Source: an uncultured Gammaproteobacteria bacterium
GTDB lineage: Bacteria; Patescibacteriota; Microgenomatia; Levybacterales; UBA12049
Direction of reading: 5' to 3'
NCBI GenBank assembly: GCA_964483115.1
Contig: CAYZZF010000002.1
Location: 5,493-69,492, forward strand
DNA: 64,000 bases
Shown: piece by piece, positions 31,604 to 42,198 of the stretch
Layout of the letters: each line of letters starts with the position of its first letter
Numbering within the stretch: position 1 is the first letter of the stretch
The notes under the pieces: generated by a model
Told to the model about the DNA's origin: nothing
Databases searched by the model: none
The model's input: only the letters and a program-made list of their open reading frames with translations
Position numbers and translations under genes: made by a program

Positions 31604-32044
31604 ATGGCAAAAAAAATAAAGAAAAATGCTGAAGAAGTTGAAAAAAAAGAACAAGAACTTGAAGATCAATTAAAAAGGATTTTAGCGGATTATCAGAATC
31701 TTGAGAAAAGAGTTGCCCAGGAAAAAGAGGAATTAAAAAAATCGGCAAACAGAGAGCTTATATTGCGGTTTTTGCCAGCACTTGATACACTAATTCTTAC
31801 AGATAAACATACTCAAGACGAGGGATTGAAATTGAGCATCAAACATATCTTTGATACGCTGGAAAAAGAAGGCCTTAAGAAAATCGAGGCAAAAGGACAG
31901 GATTTCAATCCGGAATTTATGGAAGCAGTGCATGTAGTTCAAGGTGAGGAAGGAAAAGTTATAGAAGAATTAAGAACAGGTTATTTTTTAAATGATAAAG
32001 TTTTGCGACCAGCACAGGTGGTTGTCGGACGACAACAAAATTAA
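31604..32044 (+). CDS. grpE: nucleotide exchange factor GrpE
   Basis: Coiled-coil N-terminus, ADYQNLEKR, and a C-terminal beta domain. Confidence 0.9.
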   Translation: MAKKIKKNAEEVEKKEQELEDQLKRILADYQNLEKRVAQEKEELKKSANRELILRFLPALDTLILTDKHTQDEGLKLSIKHIFDTLEKEGLKKIEAKGQDFNPEFMEAVHVVQGEEGKVIEELRTGYFLNDKVLRPAQVVVGRQQN

Positions 32045-32065
32045 AAATTTGACTGAAAGGAGCAT

Positions 32066-33967
32066 ATGGGAAAAATTATTGGAATAGATTTAGGCACAAC
32101 AAATTCATGTGTTGCCGTTATGGAAGGAGGAAGTCCCAAGGTTATTCATAGTGCAGAAGGAAGAAATGTTATACCATCGGTTATTGACCCGATTTCTCAT
32201 GTCGTTGGAGATGTAGCAAAAAGACAGCTTGTTCTTAAGCCTAAGAGCACTATTTTTTCCATAAAGAGGCTCATGGGTAGAAAATTCAAGGATGTATCAG
32301 TGCAGCAGGATATAAAATGGCTTCCATATACTGTAAAAGCTGGGAGAGACGGGATGGCGGTTGTTGAAGTTGATGGACGAACTTTTACTCCTCAGGAAAT
32401 TTCAGCCCAGATTTTGCAAAAAATTAAAAGTGATGCAGAAAGTTATCTAGGTAGCAAAGTTACACAGGCTGTTATTACTGTCCCTGCGTATTTTGACGAT
32501 TCACAGCGTCAAGCAACAAAACAGGCTGGAGAAATATCAGGACTTGAGGTTATGCGTATTATTAATGAGCCGACAGCAGCCGCTCTTGCCTATGGATTGG
32601 ATAAAAAAAATGCTCACACAATTGCTGTCTATGATTTAGGCGGCGGAACATTTGATATTTCAATTTTGGAGCTTGGAGAAGGAGTGTATGAGGTAAAATC
32701 AACAAATGGAGACACGCACTTAGGTGGAGATGATTTTGATCAAAAGATTATCGACTATATTGCAGAAGAGTTTAAGAAAGAGCACGGGGTAGATTTAAGA
32801 CGCGACCCGCAAGCACTGCAAAGACTCAAAGAAGCGGCAGAAAAGGCAAAGATAGAACTATCCACTGCTCAAGAAGCCCAGATTAATCAGCCATTTATTA
32901 CTCAAGGAAAAGAAGGACCACTGCATCTAACTATGACTCTAAGCCGTGCAAAACTTGAACAAATCGTTGATGAGCTTATTGAAAAAACAACAAAACCTGT
33001 TGAACTAGCCCTAAAAGATGCAAAAATTAAAGTCTCTGATGTTGATGAGGTTGTCCTGGTTGGAGGAATGACCAGAATGCCTAAAATTGTTGAAACAGTT
33101 ACTAAGTTCTTTGGTAAAGAGCCGCATAAAGGCGTTAATCCCGACGAAGTAGTAGCAGTTGGCGCGGCAATTCAAGGTGGAGTATTAGGAGGAGAAGTAA
33201 AAGATGTTCTTCTTCTTGATGTTACGCCTTTGACTTTAGGAATCGAGACATTGGGAGGGGTTGCAACCCCGCTTATTTCTAGAAATACAACTATACCTTC
33301 TTCTAAATCTCAAATTTTTTCAACAGCAGCAGATAATCAGACACAGGTTGAAATTAATGTTCTTCAGGGAGAACGTCCTATGGCAGCCGATAATAAATCA
33401 TTAGGCAGATTTATTTTAGACGGAATACCACCTGCCCCTCGCGGCATTCCTCAGATTGAGGTAAGTTTTGATATCGACGCAAATGGAATCTTAAATGTAA
33501 AAGCTCAAGACAAGGCAACTGGAAGAGAACAAAGTATTAAGATTACAGGTTCAACTGGCTTAACAAAAGATGAAATTGAAAAAATGACAAAGGAAGCAGA
33601 AAGGCATGCAAAAGAAGATTTGGAGAAAAAAGATAAGGTTGAGGCCAGAAATGCGGCGGATTCGCTCATCTTTACAGCCGAAAAAACTCTTAAAGAAGCA
33701 GGGAATAAAGCAGATCCGACTTTGAAAAAGGAAGTTGAAGATAAAGTTTCCGAGCTTAAATCAATTCTTGACACAGGCAGTAAAGATGATCTTGAAGCGA
33801 AAACAAAAGACTTATCTGATGCTTTACAAAAAGTAGGTCAGGCAATGTATAGTCAGCAACAGGCAACTTCCGACCAACAACAAACAACTGGAGACGCAGA
33901 GGAGACAAAACAAGAAGAGAAAAAATCCGACAAGGAAGAACCAGTTGAGGGAGAAGTCGTAAATTAA
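32066..33967 (+). CDS. dnaK: chaperone DnaK (Hsp70)
   Basis: [21 protein letters not shown], and full-length Hsp70. Confidence 0.97.
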   Translation: MGKIIGIDLGTTNSCVAVMEGGSPKVIHSAEGRNVIPSVIDPISHVVGDVAKRQLVLKPKSTIFSIKRLMGRKFKDVSVQQDIKWLPYTVKAGRDGMAVVEVDGRTFTPQEISAQILQKIKSDAESYLGSKVTQAVITVPAYFDDSQRQATKQAGEISGLEVMRIINEPTAAALAYGLDKKNAHTIAVYDLGGGTFDISILELGEGVYEVKSTNGDTHLGGDDFDQKIIDYIAEEFKKEHGVDLRRDPQALQRLKEAAEKAKIELSTAQEAQINQPFITQGKEGPLHLTMTLSRAKLEQIVDELIEKTTKPVELALKDAKIKVSDVDEVVLVGGMTRMPKIVETVTKFFGKEPHKGVNPDEVVAVGAAIQGGVLGGEVKDVLLLDVTPLTLGIETLGGVATPLISRNTTIPSSKSQIFSTAADNQTQVEINVLQGERPMAADNKSLGRFILDGIPPAPRGIPQIEVSFDIDANGILNVKAQDKATGREQSIKITGSTGLTKDEIEKMTKEAERHAKEDLEKKDKVEARNAADSLIFTAEKTLKEAGNKADPTLKKEVEDKVSELKSILDTGSKDDLEAKTKDLSDALQKVGQAMYSQQQATSDQQQTTGDAEETKQEEKKSDKEEPVEGEVVN

Positions 33968-33995
33968 TTCAAAATTCATAATTCAAAATTCAAAA
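33965..33995. repeat. intergenic copy of dispersed repeat (ttcaaaattcataattcaaaattcaaaatt)
   Basis: Its reverse complement is near-identical to the intragenic copy at 3598-3640. Confidence 0.6.
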
Positions 33996-33998
33996 TTG

Positions 33999-34022
33999 GC
34001 CGCGGAGACGCGGTTGTTTGTT
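33999..34022 (+). terminator. hairpin plus U-rich tract between dnaK and dnaJ (attenuating terminator)
   Basis: gccgcg-gaga-cgcggt stem-loop followed by ttgtttgtt. Confidence 0.45.
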
Positions 34023-34037
34023 ATAATATTGTAGCTT

Positions 34038-34934
34038 ATGGCAGAACAGAAAGATTTTTACGAAATTTTAGGCATTTCGAAAAATGCAACAGCCGATGAA
34101 ATAAAAAAGGCTTATAGAAAGCTTGCTCTTTCCTATCATCCTGATCGTAATAAGACTAAAGAAGCTGAGGAAAGATTTAAAGAGATAAATCAAGCTTACG
34201 AAGTTTTATCAGATTCAAAAAAAAGACAGGCTTATGACCAATTTGGGCAGACAGCTTTTACTCAAGGGTTTGGCCAGTCACCTTTTGGAGAAGGTTTTAG
34301 TGGACAGACAAGAACTGGGCGCTACGGACCGTTTACTTATACATACTCAGCTGGGCCGGGCGCTGATGAGGGCTTTGATTTTGGAGGATTTTCTGACCCA
34401 TTTGAAATATTTGAACAGTTTTTTGGTGGAGCTTCACCTTTTGGCTCACAAGCCCGCCAAAGACCAATTTACTCTCTAACAATTGAGTTCATGGAAGCAG
34501 TACATGGAACCACAAAAAAGGTAGTAATTGGTGGGAAAAATCAAACCATAAAAATTCCTAAAGGAGTTGACAATGGGTCAAGAATTCGTTTTGGTGAATA
34601 TGATGTAATTTTGGAGGTGCAACCAGACAGAAGATTTAGAAGAGAAGGTACAGACATAATTTCGGATGTTGAAGTTTCATTTACTAAGGCAGCTTTGGGA
34701 GATACGGTAACGGTTGAGACAATCGATGGACCAGTTAAGCTTCGTATCCCTGTCTCTACACAGCCGGGCACAGTTATACGTTTAAGACAAAAAGGAGTTC
34801 CTTATCTTCGAGGCTCAGGCAGAGGAGATCATTATGTGAGAATAAAAGTTATAATCCCTAAACATCTGACCAGCCACCAAAAAAAACTTCTTGAGGAACT
34901 TGAAAAAGAATCAACTAAAAAAAGCTGGTTTTAA
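34038..34934 (+). CDS. dnaJ: DnaJ-family co-chaperone lacking the Zn-finger domain (type II)
   Basis: J-domain (YHPDRNK) and a G/F-rich region; no CxxCxGxG repeats; C-terminal substrate-binding domains. Confidence 0.85.
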   Translation: MAEQKDFYEILGISKNATADEIKKAYRKLALSYHPDRNKTKEAEERFKEINQAYEVLSDSKKRQAYDQFGQTAFTQGFGQSPFGEGFSGQTRTGRYGPFTYTYSAGPGADEGFDFGGFSDPFEIFEQFFGGASPFGSQARQRPIYSLTIEFMEAVHGTTKKVVIGGKNQTIKIPKGVDNGSRIRFGEYDVILEVQPDRRFRREGTDIISDVEVSFTKAALGDTVTVETIDGPVKLRIPVSTQPGTVIRLRQKGVPYLRGSGRGDHYVRIKVIIPKHLTSHQKKLLEELEKESTKKSWF

Positions 34935-34981
34935 GAATTTTCTAATTGTGGTTTTTGAGCAAAATATGCTACGATTAGTAT

Positions 34982-35302
34982 ATGTTACTATCCGGAGTTT
35001 TAGGTGCTACTTCTTGCAGAGTGAATGAAAAACTAACCGATTTTGGGTGTATTCCTAATGACCCCGTTGCTTTTGTTGCCAAATTTTATGGTATTGGACT
35101 TGGATTAATTGGCGGTGTTGCGATACTTTTTATTATCTACGGAGGGTATATTATTCTTGCTTCCCAAGGTGATCCGGTAAAATTGAATACTGGTAAAAGT
35201 TATATATATTATGCGATTGCCGGACTTCTCCTGGCAATTTTTGGATTTGTTTTTGTTCAGGTGATTGTTGTTGACATATTGCACATACCTGGGTTTAAAT
35301 AA
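34982..35302 (+). CDS. small two-helix membrane protein (pilin-like; TrbC/VirB2-like topology)
   Basis: Two long hydrophobic helices (IGLGLIGGVAILFIIYGGYIIL and YIYYAIAGLLLAIFGFVFVQVIVV) separated by a short polar loop. Sits 6 bp upstream of the large membrane protein. Confidence 0.45.
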   Translation: MLLSGVLGATSCRVNEKLTDFGCIPNDPVAFVAKFYGIGLGLIGGVAILFIIYGGYIILASQGDPVKLNTGKSYIYYAIAGLLLAIFGFVFVQVIVVDILHIPGFK

Positions 35303-35308
35303 GAATAT

Positions 35309-37627
35309 ATGATAAAATTTCTGCCCATTCTGCGAAAGATTCTTTTTATTCTTATTGCATTTTTTGTAATAGGACTTTCGCTATTTAGTTTTACTGCAAT
35401 AGCAAAAGCACAGTCAGCCCCAACCCCAACTGGAGTACCTGAAGGTTCCTGGGTAAAAGATCAGGAGGTAACTTTTGTTGGTAAAACTGCTGCCCGGTCA
35501 GGAGAATTTTTAGATTGGACGCTAAAAAATTATGATTGGTCCTCTGTTTCGCCGGGGACAAGCAATCCACTTGCTACATTTTGGGCGACTATTAGAAATA
35601 TTGTTTATGCGTTTTTTATTCTTTTTGTTTTGGTAACAGCGTTTGTAATTATTGTTACTCGAGGAAGAAACATAACAGTGGCCAAATTCATACCCAAACT
35701 TATTATCATAATTCTTTTGGTAACATTTTCTTTTGCATTAGTTCAATTTATCTATCAAGTTACAGATGCAATACAAGGCTTTTTCTTAAAGAGCCCATCT
35801 CCTGATTGTACTTCCATTTGTCAAAAAGATCTCTTTTACTGGGGTTGGAATTATCAAGATTTTGAAGGTTTCCGTTTTATTGATCAAGCCGGTACTTATG
35901 ATGAATCAGCTTTTATAGCTCTTCTCCTTGTTAGACTTACCGCTCTTACCTATTATGTTATGGTTGGAATACTTATACTTAGAAAAATAATACTTTGGTT
36001 TTTTATTATAATATCGCCCATATTTCCTCTTCTTCTTTTGTATTCCCCAATTAGAAATACCGCCAAAATCTGGGTCGGAGAGTTTTTTCGCTGGCTTTTA
36101 TATGCGCCTATATTTGCAATTTTTTTGTCCGGGCTAGTTGTAATCTGGCGCTCACAGACGAACATACCCTTACAGTTTAATCTTACAAATACAAAAGTTA
36201 TCTACCCAACTGCCATAAACATTCTTCTTGGAGGGCCCGGACAAGTATTATCATACGTTTCTCCCGCTCAATCAAATAGCGTAAACAACATTGACACTTT
36301 CGCCCTTTATGTAGTTGCGCTTCTTATGCTTTGGGTCGTTATAATTTTGCCGTTTCTTCTTCTTCAGATTTTTCTTGATTATCTTAACAATTTTTCATTC
36401 GGAGAAAGTGCTATTTTAAAACAGCTCATAGCTGGAGGATCAGCGTTTGTAAATAGAGCTGGTCCTGGACTAACTCCTCCGCCCCCTACGATTCCTGCTG
36501 GTATAGCCCGTGCTCTACCATTTATTCCAGGTAAGGTTGAGATACCCGAGATAAGAGCAACAGAGGCTATTATCAATGCACAAGTCGCAGATATGAGAGG
36601 AATACAGGCAAGTTCAGATATACTTCGTCTAGCTAGTCTAAGCGTTCCTACCATGCGTGATATCGCAAAATATGAAACTGCTCTTTTATCCTCAGACATA
36701 GGTAAGCATCAAGATATAGCAAGATTTCACGAAACATTAGAGGGAATTGCCAATCCAAAAAGGGTGGCAACACCTGCGGAAAGACAAAATTATAATCTTA
36801 TGCAGGGAAGACTAAAACGGGAAGCCCAAAGAGGGGATCCTCTGGCATCCTCCATATTATCCGCTGCCAGTATCGTTTCTAAATCTTCTTTACAAAATAA
36901 ACAAGAGGAAAATGCAAGAGTAGGCAGTATCCTTTCCAGGATGAATAATCTTGCTAGCATAATTTCAACTGAGGAGAAAGAAAGACTAAACGCAATAAAA
37001 TCGTCTCTTATAGAAGCTGCGCAGAAAGGGGATCCTCTGGCAAACTCTATTCTATCTGCGATGAAAGAAGGCAAGACAGAAATAGATGAGAAACTTAAAG
37101 AACAGCTGCTTGAAGCAAAAGAAAGAGGAAGCGCGCTAGCTGCATCAATTTTAGAACAAGCTGGTGTTTCTGTTACTGTACAGACGTTCCCTGTTACAAA
37201 TCGTGTGCAAGCAGTAAGTATAGATGATTACGAAGCGGTAAAGAAAGTCTGGCAAGAAAATTATCAGAAACTTGAGCCGCCAAGAACTATTGAAGGAAAA
37301 CAAAAAAACAGGGAAGAATGGATTATAGGAGACATAGATAGGATTACAGAAACTATTAATCTTCTTACATCGGAAGATGTTCAGAATATCAAAAAGGGCA
37401 TGGAAGAGGTTTCTGCAATACTCCCCTTCCTTCTTATAGGAGGGTTTGCTCAGACAGAAGTTATTGCCTATCTTAAAGCAAAACTTGAAGCTGCAAAATC
37501 AGTTTCCGAAGAAATCAGCAAAAAAGAAGAGGAAGAAGAAACTATGCTTGGAAGAGAGAAGGCTAAAACAGATAAGCCAGCGGAGATGGAAATGAAAGAA
37601 GAAGTTAAAGAAAACCAAAATAATTGA
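35309..37627 (+). CDS. large polytopic membrane protein with signal peptide and C-terminal cytoplasmic repeat/acidic domain; unknown function
   Basis: Signal-like N-terminus and about 8-10 TM helices. The C-terminal region carries a triple GDPLAxSILSA repeat and an EEEEE tail. Confidence 0.55.
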   Translation: MIKFLPILRKILFILIAFFVIGLSLFSFTAIAKAQSAPTPTGVPEGSWVKDQEVTFVGKTAARSGEFLDWTLKNYDWSSVSPGTSNPLATFWATIRNIVYAFFILFVLVTAFVIIVTRGRNITVAKFIPKLIIIILLVTFSFALVQFIYQVTDAIQGFFLKSPSPDCTSICQKDLFYWGWNYQDFEGFRFIDQAGTYDESAFIALLLVRLTALTYYVMVGILILRKIILWFFIIISPIFPLLLLYSPIRNTAKIWVGEFFRWLLYAPIFAIFLSGLVVIWRSQTNIPLQFNLTNTKVIYPTAINILLGGPGQVLSYVSPAQSNSVNNIDTFALYVVALLMLWVVIILPFLLLQIFLDYLNNFSFGESAILKQLIAGGSAFVNRAGPGLTPPPPTIPAGIARALPFIPGKVEIPEIRATEAIINAQVADMRGIQASSDILRLASLSVPTMRDIAKYETALLSSDIGKHQDIARFHETLEGIANPKRVATPAERQNYNLMQGRLKREAQRGDPLASSILSAASIVSKSSLQNKQEENARVGSILSRMNNLASIISTEEKERLNAIKSSLIEAAQKGDPLANSILSAMKEGKTEIDEKLKEQLLEAKERGSALAASILEQAGVSVTVQTFPVTNRVQAVSIDDYEAVKKVWQENYQKLEPPRTIEGKQKNREEWIIGDIDRITETINLLTSEDVQNIKKGMEEVSAILPFLLIGGFAQTEVIAYLKAKLEAAKSVSEEISKKEEEEETMLGREKAKTDKPAEMEMKEEVKENQNN

Positions 37628-37687
37628 TATTAAAAGTACCATCAGTGCTAAAATATATAAAAGGTAATGCTGTAAATAGATAGAAAT

Positions 37688-40243
37688 ATGTTTGGAAATT
37701 TATTCGGTTCAAGAAATTTTGAAGTAAAAACCGGGACTACTCAAGTTCCGCAGCAGGTGCCGGCATCTCCTTCTGTGCCGTCAGTCCAATCTGTCCAGCC
37801 TCTCCAATCTAATGTTGTCGGATCTGCCATGAACCCATCTTTAAGGCAGGATTTATCAGTGTTATCTCATTTAGACGCTAGAGCATCACAAGTATTACAA
37901 GCTGCTAAAAATGAAACAAAAAGAATTCAGCAATCACTTATTGAACCAGAGCAAATTCTCTACGGACTTTTATTTGACGGCGAAGTTTTCAAACTTATTT
38001 CACAATTTTCTTCAGACCCTACAAAGATCGTTAAGGAAATTGAAAGTAAAGAATCAGTCGGAAGTTTTATAGGAGAATCAACTCTGTCAGATACTTCAAA
38101 AAAGATCTTTGAAGATGCATATTCGATGGTAAAAAAAAGAGGAGTTGAGTTTATAAGTCCTGAAGATATTCTATTATCTCTCTTTTCACAAAGTGTAGGA
38201 GTCTCAAATTATCTTCAGTCAGAGGGAATTAAAAAAGAAGACATTGAAGAAAAACTTTCAAAGACATCAAGCTATGTCTATGGTAAAAAATCTGCACTTG
38301 AAAGTTTTGGTGTTGATTTGACAGAACAGGCGAGAAACGGGGAACTTGATCCAATTGCAGGACGAGATAAGGAAATTGAAAGACTTGTCCACATACTTCT
38401 TCGCAGAACCAAAAATAACCCTATTGTTATAGGAGAGGCAGGAGTTGGAAAAACAGCCATTGTTGAAGGATTAGCTCAAAATATCATAAAGGGCACTGCC
38501 CCCCGCGATCTTCTAGAAAAAAAAATTATCCAGATTGATTTATCCTCTCTTGTTGCGGGGGCATCGCACCGGGGGGAATTTGAGGAAAGACTCAGAAGCG
38601 TTATAAAAGAAACCCAAGCTGCAAGCGGAGCAGTAATATTATTCATTGATGAGATCCATACTTTGATTGGAGCAGGAGATACAGAAGGGGCTTTGGATGC
38701 ATCAAATATTATAAAGCCTTTTTTGGCAAGAGGACAACTCCAGATTATTGGAACAACAACGACTGCTGAATATAGAAAATATTTTGAAAAGGATAAAGCC
38801 TTTGAGAGAAGGTTTCAATCGGTTTTGGTTGCCGAACCCGATGAGAAAACAGCCGTTGAAATGCTTTTGGTTCTTAAAACAAAATACGAGAATTTTCATA
38901 AAGTTGTTCTGCCACAAGAGACTCTTGAGGCATCCGTTGCCCTATCAAAACGCTATATTGGCGAGCGGTATTTACCCGATAAGGCAGTTGATCTCCTGGA
39001 TGAGGCAGCAGCAGAAGTAAGGCTTTTGCAAAACGAAGGGAAGAGATCTGATAATACTGTTTCAAAAAGTGATATAGAAAAAGTTGTTTCAGGTTGGACA
39101 GGAATTCCTATAACAAAACTTACAGAAAATGAAAGCGAGAGACTTTTGCATCTTGAAGACACAATTCACAAGCGCTTAATCGATCAGGAAATGGCAGTTA
39201 AAACTGTTGCAGAAGCTGTAAGGCGAGGAAGGATCGGATTGTCAAGTGCCCAAAGGCCTATTGCATCATTTATATTCTTGGGACCAACCGGGGTTGGAAA
39301 AACAGAACTTGCAAAAACACTCGCTTCGATTCTCTTTGGCAAAGAGGAGGCAATGGTGAGACTTGATATGAGTGAGTATATGGAAAAACATGAGGTCGCA
39401 AAACTTATTGGCGCCCCTCCCGGTTATGTTGGTTATGAAGAAGGGGGTCAGTTAACAGAGGCAGTCAGGATAAAACCTTATTCTATAGTTCTTTTGGATG
39501 AGATAGAAAAAGCGCACCCGGATGTCTTTAATATTTTACTCCAGCTTCTTGAAGATGGAAGACTTACCGATAATAAGGGCAATACAGTATCTTTTAAGAA
39601 TACGATTATTATTGCAACATCAAATATCGGTAGTATGCTAATACAGCAGCAGTTGGAAACAGACAAAAAGGGAGGTTCGGAATTGCAGGAAAAAAGTGAT
39701 GCGAAAAAATTTGAGGAGCTTTCAAAGACCCTCCTTGCAGAACTTAGAAAATTCTTTAGACCCGAACTTTTGAACCGTTTTGATGGAGTTGTGATTTTTG
39801 AACCTTTATCTTTGAAAAACATGCTTTCTGTTGCCCAGCTTGGTATAGATGCAACTAAAAAATTGCTTAATCAACAGGGTATTGATCTTGATATTACACA
39901 AGAAGGGCTTTCTCAACTTGCTCGTGAAGGCTATGACCCGGTTTATGGAGCAAGACCGCTAAGGCGTCTTATTCAAAGCTCTATAGAAAATCCAATCGCT
40001 GTGCTTCTTATAAATAAAACTTTTATAGCAGGGGACAAGATTTTGATTGATTTTGATAAGATAAAAGAAGAGTTCATTTTTACAAAAGTTGCTCTGTCCC
40101 CAACCCAGCCAGGAACAACACAAGGCGAAACCCTGAATCCAGTTTCGGCAAATGACGGAAACTTTCCACCAGCACAACCTTTACAGCCGGAGGCACCACC
40201 AATACAGGGGATTGATGACACTCAAATGCAACCACAAAATTGA
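37688..40243 (+). CDS. clpB: ClpB/ClpC-family double-ring AAA+ chaperone lacking the M-domain, with disordered N- and C-terminal tails
   Basis: Clp_N repeats. D1 has GRDKEIERLVHILLRRTKNNPIVIGEAGVGKTA and Walker B FIDEIH. D2 has LGPTGVGKTELAK, LLDEIEKAHPDVFNILLQLLEDGRLTD and GARPLRRLIQ. Only about 9 residues separate DLLDEAAAEV from the D2 linker. There is no LGF ClpP loop. Confidence 0.85.
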   Translation: MFGNLFGSRNFEVKTGTTQVPQQVPASPSVPSVQSVQPLQSNVVGSAMNPSLRQDLSVLSHLDARASQVLQAAKNETKRIQQSLIEPEQILYGLLFDGEVFKLISQFSSDPTKIVKEIESKESVGSFIGESTLSDTSKKIFEDAYSMVKKRGVEFISPEDILLSLFSQSVGVSNYLQSEGIKKEDIEEKLSKTSSYVYGKKSALESFGVDLTEQARNGELDPIAGRDKEIERLVHILLRRTKNNPIVIGEAGVGKTAIVEGLAQNIIKGTAPRDLLEKKIIQIDLSSLVAGASHRGEFEERLRSVIKETQAASGAVILFIDEIHTLIGAGDTEGALDASNIIKPFLARGQLQIIGTTTTAEYRKYFEKDKAFERRFQSVLVAEPDEKTAVEMLLVLKTKYENFHKVVLPQETLEASVALSKRYIGERYLPDKAVDLLDEAAAEVRLLQNEGKRSDNTVSKSDIEKVVSGWTGIPITKLTENESERLLHLEDTIHKRLIDQEMAVKTVAEAVRRGRIGLSSAQRPIASFIFLGPTGVGKTELAKTLASILFGKEEAMVRLDMSEYMEKHEVAKLIGAPPGYVGYEEGGQLTEAVRIKPYSIVLLDEIEKAHPDVFNILLQLLEDGRLTDNKGNTVSFKNTIIIATSNIGSMLIQQQLETDKKGGSELQEKSDAKKFEELSKTLLAELRKFFRPELLNRFDGVVIFEPLSLKNMLSVAQLGIDATKKLLNQQGIDLDITQEGLSQLAREGYDPVYGARPLRRLIQSSIENPIAVLLINKTFIAGDKILIDFDKIKEEFIFTKVALSPTQPGTTQGETLNPVSANDGNFPPAQPLQPEAPPIQGIDDTQMQPQN

Positions 40244-40246
40244 TGT

Positions 40247-41845
40247 ATGAGCGATGGAAACATAAACCTCCTCCAGACAATTCCGGTTCAACACTTCAAT
40301 CCCCAAGACAAAAAGACCGCAATTTTTGGAACAAAAAAATTTATTTTCTCAGTTCTTTTTATAACTATTTTTGCAATCGCCTCTTTTATTTTCTTGGTAT
40401 CTTCAAAAAAACAATCTATGATATCACCCTCGGCTAATCCTTATCCCGCAAAATCTTTTAAAATGTGGGAGATTACATTTGTTTACGATACTGAAAAACA
40501 AACGCTCTCAGTTAAAAGTGCAATTATTAAGACTGGAACAGCAACTGCTTCCAATCTGGGACTGTCGCCATATAAACTTCTAGTTTTTAATAAAAATAAC
40601 AACGTTATTTTCAATACAGACATTCATATAACAGAAGGAATTCTCTATGATATTGATGGCCCGCCCAATGCTACTTCATCACCAATTATTGTTCCTTCTA
40701 CGCCCAAAACATTTGAAAACGTTGTTTATATCCCGTTATTTCAGAGTGCAAAAAAGATAGAGGTAACAAAAAATGGTATTAAGATATTGGAATTTACTCT
40801 CCCTAAAGTTACAGGATTTAATTTAATTAATCAAACATTTGCCGTAAATGGACCGGCTTGTACAACCAATCTAAAGATTGTATTTATTAGCGACGGATAC
40901 AACAGTGAAAGCCAGTTTTATAGCGATGCCCAAGAAGTGGTTAAAAAGTATATTTCTCTTTCTCCCTATTCTGAAAAGCCAGATATATTTGATTTTAAAA
41001 TGGTTTACAATACTATTCCTCTTGGTTGTGCTAAGAATGGTGTTCTATATACTGAGTGCTTGAGTTCTTTACAGACAATAATAATGGAAAAAAATATAAT
41101 TTTTGGAAAATATCCAGAACTTCAGGGAATTGATGGCGATCATTTAAAATTTATAGTTCTAGCAGATGCGCAACCTGAGCTATTTGGTGGATTGTTATAT
41201 ATGGGAGCTATGGAAGGCGTAGGCGGAGTTTATGGAGTCTTTGAAACGCGAGACCGCGATAAATTACCGACTGTTGCCTCCCACGAAGTATTAGGACATG
41301 CAGTAGGCTATCTATATGATAGATATGTGTATAGCTCAGGCCCAAATTCTCAGGAAAGAAGTGTTTTTCCAGAGAGCAACTGTAGTAGAAGTCAACAAGG
41401 AGCGTCCTTTTGGCAAAGCATTAATGGAGGAGGAGCATATCAAGGTTGTACATCTGAGTATTTGTTTGGACCTTACCCGCGTGATTGTGGGACAGGAGGA
41501 ACACGTGAGTCTATAATGAGTCTGGTAAGTTGTGGTTCAAGTGAATTTGATCCAGTCGAGCAAGCATGGATAAGAACTAATGTTATCTCAAAATACCAGT
41601 CTTGCAGTGGAAGCAGTCCATCCGCTTCTTTTCCGCCGACCTCGACTTCAATCCCCACTTTAGTTCCCAGGCAACCAACATCTATACAAGAGCCAGTTGT
41701 TACCCCAACCAGCACTTCCAGTGTTCCAACCACAGTTCCTACTTCAGCATCATTAACTACTTATGATTGCTATTCTGATCCAAACTGTCGTAATTCTGGC
41801 CAAGGGAATATTCAGCTATGCCCTCTTGTCTGCACTCCCAAATAA
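40247..41845 (+). CDS. membrane-anchored extracytoplasmic Cys-rich protein with HExxGH zinc-metallopeptidase motif (M64-like)
   Basis: N-in TM anchor; HEVLGHAVGYLYDRY; many Cys; C-terminal PT-rich region. Confidence 0.5.
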   Translation: MSDGNINLLQTIPVQHFNPQDKKTAIFGTKKFIFSVLFITIFAIASFIFLVSSKKQSMISPSANPYPAKSFKMWEITFVYDTEKQTLSVKSAIIKTGTATASNLGLSPYKLLVFNKNNNVIFNTDIHITEGILYDIDGPPNATSSPIIVPSTPKTFENVVYIPLFQSAKKIEVTKNGIKILEFTLPKVTGFNLINQTFAVNGPACTTNLKIVFISDGYNSESQFYSDAQEVVKKYISLSPYSEKPDIFDFKMVYNTIPLGCAKNGVLYTECLSSLQTIIMEKNIIFGKYPELQGIDGDHLKFIVLADAQPELFGGLLYMGAMEGVGGVYGVFETRDRDKLPTVASHEVLGHAVGYLYDRYVYSSGPNSQERSVFPESNCSRSQQGASFWQSINGGGAYQGCTSEYLFGPYPRDCGTGGTRESIMSLVSCGSSEFDPVEQAWIRTNVISKYQSCSGSSPSASFPPTSTSIPTLVPRQPTSIQEPVVTPTSTSSVPTTVPTSASLTTYDCYSDPNCRNSGQGNIQLCPLVCTPK

Positions 41846-41883
41846 TAAATTGCAATTTAGACAAAAACCTCTTACACTAAAAA

Positions 41884-42197
41884 TGATGGCTTGGGATTTT
41901 TTAAAATTTTGGTTCTTCGAAGCTCCAAGAGAAATATTAAATTTCTTTACCTCCCTTAACAAATCTTTTCTGGAATTAGTTTCTCTTCAACTTTTGGTAA
42001 AAACATATTTTAAAGCCTGGAAAAATGAGTACAGGGAGGGACTGGTTGGATTCTCGATTGCAATGGGAATATTTATAAAAACCCTTGTTATTTTTGCCGA
42101 TATAATTTTGTTTTCCATTCTTTTGTCAATTGAAATAATATTATTTTCTGCGTTTATTTTTTGGCCGATTGGAACAGTCATTTTGCTTTTTATTTAA
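41884..42197 (+). CDS. small membrane protein, unknown
   Basis: Two TM helices. The ATG at 41884 is preferred because it avoids the overlap with the upstream gene. Confidence 0.35.
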
Positions 42198-42198
42198 T

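Noticed and set aside
34982-37627. Considered calling the 2-TM protein and 772-aa membrane protein VirB2/VirB6 (type IV secretion)
   Set aside because: Only the topology is suggestive. There is no VirB4/VirD4 ATPase nearby and I recognise no family-specific motif, so this is kept as a hypothesis, not a call.
38278-40280. Multiple small ORFs on both strands inside the ClpB-like gene
   Set aside because: They sit entirely within a well-supported long CDS and are spurious alternative frames.
42169-42198. Upstream start (MEQSFCF...) for the membrane Clp-like gene
   Set aside because: It would overlap the preceding ORF by 29 nt. The ATG at 42199 sits 1 nt after the upstream stop and begins directly at the TM-containing N-terminus.
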